Shown here in pieces: positions 57,614 to 64,000 of a stretch of DNA of 64,000 nucleotides (positions are counted from its first letter, which is position 1; each line of letters opens with the position of its first letter). The position numbers and the translations under genes were made by a program. Under the pieces are notes generated by a model that was not told where the DNA came from, did no database searches, and saw only the letters and a program-made list of their open reading frames with translations. This stretch comes from Flavobacteriales bacterium. GTDB lineage: Bacteria > Bacteroidota > Bacteroidia > Flavobacteriales_C > GCA-002722245. Where the stretch lies: assembly GCA_023251095.1 (NCBI GenBank), contig JAHEZL010000004.1:48226-112225 (forward strand), in the 5' to 3' direction.

Positions 57614-57690
57614 TTTAGGTAATGGTTTTTGTAGAGACGCAAAATTTTGCGTCTCGTGATATGGTTTGTCGGAGACGGAAAATCTTCCGT
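57614..57690 (+). terminator. twin-hairpin terminator region (GAGACGcaaaattttGCGTCTC and GAGACGgaaaatcttcCGTCTC nested in an outer TGTAGAGACG…CGTCTCTACA palindrome)
   Basis: Two near-identical 8-bp-stem hairpins inside a larger palindrome, directly after the stop of 54819..57605. Confidence 0.55.
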
Positions 57691-57752
57691 CTCTACAAGA
57701 AACATACACTCTCTCTGCTTCAAAGGGGGTAATTCCGATAAGTACTTGTTTG

Positions 57753-57779
57753 CCGCAACCCTAAAATTTTCAAAACGTA
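57753..57779 (+). promoter_or_regulatory. ECF-sigma-like promoter motif variant CGCAACC-N15-CGTA (copy 4)
   Basis: GCCGCAACCCTAAAATTTTCAAAACGTA lies 52 nt upstream of the ATG of 57832, with the same spacing as copies 1 and 3. Confidence 0.35.
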
Positions 57780-57831
57780 AACGTTTCCCATATTTGTTTT
57801 AAATTGCAGCTGGGTTTATCCGAGAGAAACA

Positions 57832-60324
57832 ATGGGAATGAAGATTTGTTGGCGTATATTTTTCTGTTTTTTATTGAGTACAATAAATATTATGGCTGCT
57901 ACCAAAACGTGGGATGGCGGAGGGGCTGACGACAACTGGCAAACTGCAGCCAACTGGGATTTGGATGTGGCGCCTGTTGCAGGAGATGCTCTGGTTTTTG
58001 CGGGTTCAACCCGAACAACGCCCAACAATGATTTTGCAGCCAACACAAGTTTTGCTTCCATTACTTTTTCCAATGGAGCCTCTTCCTTTACTTTATCTGG
58101 CAATGATTTAACACTCAGTGGAGGGGCTACGGCCATAACAGCCAGTAATGCAAGCAACGCAATGGTAATTAGCATAAACATTACTTTCAGTACCGCAGCT
58201 CCAACTATCACCAGTACTTCAGGAGGAACACTTACACTATCGGGAACAGTTGCTAACGGCGGATTTTTGCTAACAATAGCCGGAGATGGTGTTATTACCA
58301 TTAGCGGAGTACTTAGTGGAACAGGAGCATTGTATATCAATACTATCCTTGATAACGTTACCATTCTCTCTGGAACAAATACATTTACGGGGAATGTTAC
58401 GATAAATGTTGGAGGAATAAGAATCAGCAGTGCAAGCGGATTGGGAGCGGGTGCAAAAACGATCACGATGACTAATGGGGCGTCATCCAGTTTGAGGCTG
58501 GATGCATCAGGAGGCGACATCACTCTCCCCAACACCCTTTCTTTCAATATCAGCGCCGCATCGGGAACTTATGGGGGAATTATTAATGAAGCTGGTAATA
58601 GCATTATTCAAAGTGATATGTCGGTACCTACTGGTGGAGGAGGTGTTCGGCTGATGTCATCTGTAGGTACAATATCTGCCAGCGGTACATATACTCCTAC
58701 TGCTGCTGGAAGAGTACTAGCTTTATATGGTGCTTCAAATGGCACTTTTAGCGGTACATGGTTGGATGCAGGTTATACTACTACGGAATTAAATAAATTT
58801 GATGCGGGAACGTGGACTTTAACCAATACTGGAAATAGTTATGCAGGAAGAACATACATACAAGTGGGTACATTGAAACTAGGTGCAGCGGGTGTTATTC
58901 CTGATTTGAGTACAGTTACAGGTGCCGGAACCTTTGATATGAATGGTTACAGCGAAACAGTGGGTTCAATGGCTAGAACAGGGATCACTGATATTGTTTC
59001 TGCCGGCGGTACTTCAACACTAACTTGTGGTGGTGACAATACGAGTACCACCAATTCGGGAGTGATAAAAAATACTACCGGAACTTTGTCTCTAACGAAA
59101 GTAGGAAGTGGAACGCTTACTTTATCAGGTACCAATACTTACGCCGGTACCACTACAATTTCCGCTGGTACAATTGCGGTGGGAGCGGGTGGCACTACTG
59201 GAGCCATAGCAGGAAACATTACCAACAACTCCGCACTGCAATTTAACAGAACAAATTCGTATACTTATAGTGGTACTATCAGCGGCTCAGGAACGGTGCT
59301 GCAAGCTGGCTCAGGAACCACTACTTTTTCGGGCTCCAATTCTTACACCGGTACCACTACTATTTCAGCAGGTACTTTGCAGCTGGGTGCTGCGGGTGTT
59401 ATTTCTAATTCAAGTAATGTGGTGCTGAATGGTGGTTATCTGTCTACGGGCTCAGGTGCAGGATACAGCGAAACTGTGGGGACATTAACACTCACCGCTA
59501 ATAGCAGAATTGCACTTGGTACAGGTAGCCATTCTTTAAATTTTGCAGCAAGTGACGGAACTGCGTGGACAGGTGGTACTTTGCTTCGAATCACAGGCTG
59601 GCAAGGTGGATTTGATTGCAGCTCGGGTACTTCCGGTAAAGTTTATACAGGTTCCAGTAACGAGCTTGCTGCCGGAAAATTAGCACAGATATTTTTCTCT
59701 CATCCTATTTCCGGTTTGCCTTTTACGGCCTGTCAGCTCAATACTGGAGAAATTGTGCCTACTTCAACACTTCCTGTGGAACTGGTGTCGTTTAATGGCG
59801 AACTGAACAACAGTGTTGTTGATTTGTACTGGCTCACTGCTTCAGAAATCAATAGTGATTATTTTGAGATATTGCGATCTTCCGATGCCATTCATTTTGA
59901 GTCGATAGGCAAAGTGGAAGCTGCCGGCAACAGCAATGATTTTATATCATATTCTTTTCACGATGCTGAACCACTTTCAGGTTACAGCTATTATAAATTA
60001 GTTGAAATTGATATTGACGGCGCTCAGCAAAATTCAAAAATAATTGGAATTAATCGTGCTTCTGATGAAGCTACTTTATCCATTTTCCCCAATCCGAATG
60101 AAGGCAGTATAATCGTTAGCTTTAATGCCCTCTTTGCAGGGATATTCAATTTAGTAATATACAATATGGAAGGACAGCAAGTGTATCATGCAATGGTTGC
60201 TGCAAACGAAGGGAGCAATAAATTCGATTTGAGCTTGGCTCAGTTGACAGCAGGAAATTACATTGTTGAATTAGTGGATTTCAATCAGCAAAAACAACAA
60301 ACAAAAATCACGAAGAAAGAATAA
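57832..60324 (+). CDS. autotransporter-associated beta-strand-repeat (passenger-like) protein with T9SS type-A C-terminal sorting domain
   Basis: Repeated ~20-aa units (TLTLSGTNTYAGTTTISAGTL; TTFSGSNSYTGTTTISAGTLQLGAAG) typical of autotransporter beta-strand repeats. C-terminal …LSIFPNPNEGSIIVSF…GNYIVELVDF CTD. Confidence 0.7.
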   Translation: MGMKICWRIFFCFLLSTINIMAATKTWDGGGADDNWQTAANWDLDVAPVAGDALVFAGSTRTTPNNDFAANTSFASITFSNGASSFTLSGNDLTLSGGATAITASNASNAMVISINITFSTAAPTITSTSGGTLTLSGTVANGGFLLTIAGDGVITISGVLSGTGALYINTILDNVTILSGTNTFTGNVTINVGGIRISSASGLGAGAKTITMTNGASSSLRLDASGGDITLPNTLSFNISAASGTYGGIINEAGNSIIQSDMSVPTGGGGVRLMSSVGTISASGTYTPTAAGRVLALYGASNGTFSGTWLDAGYTTTELNKFDAGTWTLTNTGNSYAGRTYIQVGTLKLGAAGVIPDLSTVTGAGTFDMNGYSETVGSMARTGITDIVSAGGTSTLTCGGDNTSTTNSGVIKNTTGTLSLTKVGSGTLTLSGTNTYAGTTTISAGTIAVGAGGTTGAIAGNITNNSALQFNRTNSYTYSGTISGSGTVLQAGSGTTTFSGSNSYTGTTTISAGTLQLGAAGVISNSSNVVLNGGYLSTGSGAGYSETVGTLTLTANSRIALGTGSHSLNFAASDGTAWTGGTLLRITGWQGGFDCSSGTSGKVYTGSSNELAAGKLAQIFFSHPISGLPFTACQLNTGEIVPTSTLPVELVSFNGELNNSVVDLYWLTASEINSDYFEILRSSDAIHFESIGKVEAAGNSNDFISYSFHDAEPLSGYSYYKLVEIDIDGAQQNSKIIGINRASDEATLSIFPNPNEGSIIVSFNALFAGIFNLVIYNMEGQQVYHAMVAANEGSNKFDLSLAQLTAGNYIVELVDFNQQKQQTKITKKE

Positions 60325-60436
60325 TTTTTATTTTTTTTTATCCTTCCTGTTTTTAATAATGTAAAAATAACACTATATTGGTGTGCTGCTAGCTTGTAAA
60401 GATCAAGGGGAATTTATTTACATTATACCTTATCTA

Positions 60437-61765
60437 ATGAAAAAGTTAGTTTTAATCTTACCTCTTTTTTTTATCAGTATCACCGGAGATGCGCAAGGTC
60501 TCAAAAGTTTTTTGCCTTCAGGTAAATACATTGGTACTGCCATCAACGATACTTATTTCGATAATCCATCGGCCAACGGAGCGGATTATGAAAACATTGT
60601 TAAAGCCGATTTTAACGTTGTTGTTGCTGAAAATGCTTTTAAGATGAGTACTATTTTAGCCACTAAACCTTCCGATCCTTTGAACTTAAAACTGAGCGAT
60701 TTGAATTTAAGCAAAGTGGATAAATTAATCACTTTCACTCAAAACAATAACATCAGATTAAGAGGTCATAATTTTGTATGGTATTCCTATCCGCCTTATT
60801 GGTTAAACTCCGAAGCGGCAAAATGGAGTGAGGTTCAGTTGTATTCTTTTACCAAACAATACATTACTTTATTGGCCGGCTATTGCAAAGGAAAAGTGAA
60901 AGAATGGGATGTGGTGAATGAAGCAATTGATGACGATGCTACCACTCCTGCTTACCGCAGTATTACCTGGTATTCAAAAGCAAGCTCTGCTCAAACGTTT
61001 ATCGATAGTTGTTTTTATTACGCTCATGCAGCCGATCCTGATGCCGAACTTTTTTACAACGATTACAGCATCGAAATAAGTTATTTTAAAAAACAGGATT
61101 TTATGCTCGCCATGGTTCAGGACATGGTGAATCGCGGTGTTCCAATTAATGGTGTTGGTTTGCAATGTCATTTTGAAAGTGGTGCGAATACAAATGATTG
61201 GGTATACAATGAACTAAGAATATTGATGGATAAACTGGCGGTGATGGGATTGAAATGCAATATCACCGAATTGGATTTGCGTATTTGCGGCAGCGGATCA
61301 TCTTCTGTTGAACAAGCCGATGAGTATAAAAAAATAACAAAAATATTTCTCGATAAAAGCAATTGCACTTCAATGTTGCTATGGGGATTTACCGATAAAT
61401 CATCTTGGATTCCATCGTTTTTTTCAAATTGTGATGATGGTTTAATTTACGATGATGCTTACCAGCCTAAACCTGCTTATACTGCAATTAAAGATGAGTT
61501 GGAAAGTAGTAATGCGGTTGAATTGCCTGATAATGCTGCTGAAGCAAACGCAGGTGTTTATCCAAATCCTTCTTCACAATCTTTCTTTTTGAGAAGTTCT
61601 GCTGATGTAAAACAAATCACAATTTTCAATCTGCAGGGAAAAGAAATTTCTGTTGTTGAAAATGTTAAGGAAGGCTTCGGAGAAAATTTAGCGGAAGGAT
61701 TTTATATGGTAAAAATTCAATATTTTAACGGAGATATTTCTTTCCAAAAAATTGAAAAAATGTAA
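60437..61765 (+). CDS. glycoside hydrolase family 10 endo-1,4-beta-xylanase with T9SS type-A C-terminal sorting domain
   Basis: GH10 signatures: GHNFVWYSYPPYWL, acid/base region WDVVNEAIDDD and nucleophile region NITELDL. The ATG at 60437 gives the signal peptide MKKLVLILPLFFISITGDAQG. C-terminal CTD GVYPNPSSQSFFL…. Confidence 0.85.
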   Translation: MKKLVLILPLFFISITGDAQGLKSFLPSGKYIGTAINDTYFDNPSANGADYENIVKADFNVVVAENAFKMSTILATKPSDPLNLKLSDLNLSKVDKLITFTQNNNIRLRGHNFVWYSYPPYWLNSEAAKWSEVQLYSFTKQYITLLAGYCKGKVKEWDVVNEAIDDDATTPAYRSITWYSKASSAQTFIDSCFYYAHAADPDAELFYNDYSIEISYFKKQDFMLAMVQDMVNRGVPINGVGLQCHFESGANTNDWVYNELRILMDKLAVMGLKCNITELDLRICGSGSSSVEQADEYKKITKIFLDKSNCTSMLLWGFTDKSSWIPSFFSNCDDGLIYDDAYQPKPAYTAIKDELESSNAVELPDNAAEANAGVYPNPSSQSFFLRSSADVKQITIFNLQGKEISVVENVKEGFGENLAEGFYMVKIQYFNGDISFQKIEKM

Positions 61766-62888
61766 ATCGATGCTGAAAGCTCTTGCTTGTTTTATTGTTG
61801 CAATATGGTGTGTTGCATCGCTGAATGCACAAACGGATGTTTTTGGAATTTCAAAACTCTATCCTTCCAAACAAGGGTTTGCCGAATGGACTTCCGCACA
61901 CTGGAACAATGGCGTGGATCGCACTATTACTTATGCTTCCGATGCTTATGATCCTACCAATTGGACGGAAGATCACAGCGGTAGCAGTTACGGTTTTCAC
62001 ATTGACGGCAAAGGTGTAATGACGATGTACGGTACTCCGCGTTTTCATGTGAATCCGAAAATAAGTTCCAAAGTTTCCGCTCAGGTTTTTACCAATATTG
62101 AATTCACCGCTTACTATAAAAAAACAGGATCGCAAGGTGCAAGTTATGGCGGAATGATAGTGGGCATGCGCGGTGCAGCCAATGGTCACGGTTCTTCCAA
62201 CGGAAATAATTGCGATGCGCAATGTTACATGGGGCGTTTTCGCAACGATGGAAAATGGGATTTTGAAAAAGAATTGAAACATCCTGCCACCACTTATTAT
62301 TCAGGATCGGGCTACATGAAACAGGATCCTTTGTGGGGTGGAAAAAAGTTGCCCGAAGACAAATGGATAGGCATGAAATATATTTTGATCAACGTGAATA
62401 ATACGGTGAAAATGACTTTGTATATTGATACGGTATCCAACGGAAATCCCGTGAATGGCGGTGTTTGGCAGCTGGTGGGAGAGGTGATTGATAATGGTAG
62501 TAATTTTCAGGGAGCTGATATTTCGGGCTGTTCTTATTCCGATAAGTATATGCCGATTACAGCAGGTGGAAATGTTTTTTGGAGAACCGATAACGACACG
62601 GCTCAATACAAAATGGTTTCTATCCGCGAGATAGATCCCGTTGCGAATGAGCTGATAGAAGTGACAGGAAATAAAGAGAAATTTTCATTGCGCTTTTCAT
62701 CTACAGAAATAAATATACTGAGTGAAGCGCAAATTTTTAAAGTTGAAATTATTGATGCTGCGGGTCGAATGGTATTGAGTGATTCCTCAAACAATAATAT
62801 TTTTGATATTTCAAATTTAGCAACAGGTGTTTATTTGCTGCGCGCTACAACAAGCGATGGAGTTTTGGTAAAAAGATTTGTGCATTGA
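61752..62888 (+). CDS. T9SS cargo protein with concanavalin-A-like beta-sandwich body (function unknown)
   Basis: Signal peptide, a Gly/Asn-rich beta region, and the C-terminal …FKVEIIDAAGRMVL…GVYLLRATTSDGVLVKRFVH CTD. Overlaps the GH10 gene by 14 nt; the alternative start is at 61770. Confidence 0.55.
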   Translation: MKKCKSMLKALACFIVAIWCVASLNAQTDVFGISKLYPSKQGFAEWTSAHWNNGVDRTITYASDAYDPTNWTEDHSGSSYGFHIDGKGVMTMYGTPRFHVNPKISSKVSAQVFTNIEFTAYYKKTGSQGASYGGMIVGMRGAANGHGSSNGNNCDAQCYMGRFRNDGKWDFEKELKHPATTYYSGSGYMKQDPLWGGKKLPEDKWIGMKYILINVNNTVKMTLYIDTVSNGNPVNGGVWQLVGEVIDNGSNFQGADISGCSYSDKYMPITAGGNVFWRTDNDTAQYKMVSIREIDPVANELIEVTGNKEKFSLRFSSTEINILSEAQIFKVEIIDAAGRMVLSDSSNNNIFDISNLATGVYLLRATTSDGVLVKRFVH

Positions 62889-63911
62889 TTAGTTCAATAC
62901 AATTTTTTTATTGAACGAGCCTTCCGCAGTATTAATATTTACAATATAAATCCCCGCCGGTAATTCCCCGATAAAGACACTATTGTTTACCCTTCCCGAA
63001 AAAACTTTTTTTCCTGAAAGATCAACGATCGTAATTTGATATACATCACTATTGTTGAGGTATAAAGTTTTTTCATTCATAAATAAATCAAATTGCACAG
63101 CGCCATGTTCCTTGCTGCTATTGGGTCCGGCACAAGTTCCTGCGGGAACGCTTCCTGTAAAACCTGTTGCTCCTGAAGTGGTGCAGGATAAAATTAATTT
63201 TCCGTCCTGGGTTCTGATGTTGTTGGGATCGTAATCCACCAGGTTGCCATCAAAGGTCCAGTTTGCCTTTGCCCATCGCGAAGAGTTGTATGTTGTAAAA
63301 TCATCTTTCCATGAAAAAGTAAAGTCGGTGCCATTGTCGCCGGCGCCTTTGGTGTAAGAAGAGTAGGAAAGCCAATCCACAAATTGATGTTTGGGTAAAT
63401 CGCCGGCGGTAAAAGCTCCCACCCATGGCACCGAATTGGAAATCCATGTATTAAAACGATACGACATTGCACTGCTGCAAAGTGTTACTTGTGCGCCTGT
63501 GGTTTTTCTGAGTTCAACGCCATCTAAATACCAGGCAATGTAATCGGGTGTCCACTCCAAAGTATACACATGAAAGTCATCGGCCAGAGATGTAGCGTTG
63601 GTATGTACTTGCTCACTTTTTGTAGCGCCGCCGGTGCCGGTAATAATATTGGATTGAAAACTCAGGGCATTGTTTTTTCCGAAAATTTCAATGTCGATTT
63701 CCTCCCATGCAGCGCCTTGTTGTTCGGAACCATTTTTATACAAAAAGAAAGTAGAAAGGAGTCCGCTTGCTTTTGATGCCTGCATGCACATTTCAAATTT
63801 TCCATATAGTACAGATGAAGTAGAGTAGAGTTCACCTCCTTTGTAAGCTTTGTTTTGCGCTTGTAACTGTAGGGACAAAGCAATAGCGGCGAGAATAAAT
63901 ATTTTTTTCAT
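62889..63911 (-). CDS. glycoside hydrolase family 16 (beta-glucanase/laminarinase-like) with T9SS type-A C-terminal sorting domain
   Basis: GH16 catalytic motif WEEIDIEIFG (ExDxxE), signal peptide MKKIFILAAIALSLQLQAQ, and the C-terminal …YQITIVDLSGKKVF…GIYIVNINTAEGSFNKKIVLN CTD. Confidence 0.8.
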   Translation of the reverse strand: MKKIFILAAIALSLQLQAQNKAYKGGELYSTSSVLYGKFEMCMQASKASGLLSTFFLYKNGSEQQGAAWEEIDIEIFGKNNALSFQSNIITGTGGATKSEQVHTNATSLADDFHVYTLEWTPDYIAWYLDGVELRKTTGAQVTLCSSAMSYRFNTWISNSVPWVGAFTAGDLPKHQFVDWLSYSSYTKGAGDNGTDFTFSWKDDFTTYNSSRWAKANWTFDGNLVDYDPNNIRTQDGKLILSCTTSGATGFTGSVPAGTCAGPNSSKEHGAVQFDLFMNEKTLYLNNSDVYQITIVDLSGKKVFSGRVNNSVFIGELPAGIYIVNINTAEGSFNKKIVLN

Positions 63912-64000
63912 TTTATAACGAGGGGTTAGTACCGGTGCGTAATAAAAATAGGGAAAAGAGTTTAAGAAAGCAATTAATCGCGGGAGGCATAATATCCTGC

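Noticed and set aside
57816-58547. 243-aa minus-strand ORF rich in P/V/A
   Set aside because: Shadow ORF inside the autotransporter-repeat gene (57832..60324, plus). Its low-complexity translation arises from the GGN/ACN-rich repeats on the coding strand.
1-64000. tRNA, rRNA, transposase, integrase or phage genes
   Set aside because: Scanned the intergenic regions (14.7-15.0, 16.5-17.0, 21.5-21.8, 41.5-41.9 and 47.2-47.6 kb) and all ORF translations. No cloverleaf-compatible GTTC(G/A)A-containing segments, no DDE/tyrosine-recombinase motifs, and no phage structural hallmarks were seen.

Overview
AT-rich Bacteroidota-type chromosomal window (inferred from TTG/TAnnTTTG-style promoters, T9SS C-terminal sorting domains and histone-H1-like genes). 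Bases 1-30 kb are mostly housekeeping: a vWA protein, RluA-family pseudouridine synthase, PanB, DnaK, a TrmH-family methyltransferase, a thioredoxin-fold protein, a MntR/DtxR regulator with a 4-gene Mn/Zn ABC importer, PruA, ApaG and HemB. These are interspersed with uncharacterised membrane and secreted proteins. Bases 31-41.5 kb carry two tandem paralogous giant surface proteins (about 1840 and 1561 aa) with a gliding-motility-type (T9SS type B) C-terminal domain. Bases 41.9-45.6 kb are housekeeping again (TraB/GumN, PrmC, ArgS). Bases 46-64 kb form an accessory-looking cluster of T9SS cargo genes around an ECF sigma/anti-sigma pair: beta-helix and pectate-lyase-like proteins, a GH10 xylanase, a GH16 glucanase, an autotransporter-repeat protein and a third giant CTD protein. 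A CCCAACC-N15/16-CGTA motif recurs upstream of these genes. I found no rRNA, tRNA, CRISPR array, transposase or integrase. The most notable observations are: (i) a DUF559 gene bounded by ~59-bp inverted repeats, looking like a mini selfish cassette, with related solo hairpin repeats elsewhere; (ii) a family of ~140-155-bp long-palindrome intergenic repeats, two copies; (iii) an ABC-3 permease fused to a DtxR-like C-terminal domain next to a stand-alone DtxR regulator and a perfect palindromic operator; (iv) a putative ECF regulon of T9SS cargo genes; (v) a candidate ~180-nt structured ncRNA upstream of the mntR operon; (vi) evidence of C-terminal-domain gene conversion between cargo genes. All product calls come from motif and family recognition by eye, with no database search run.
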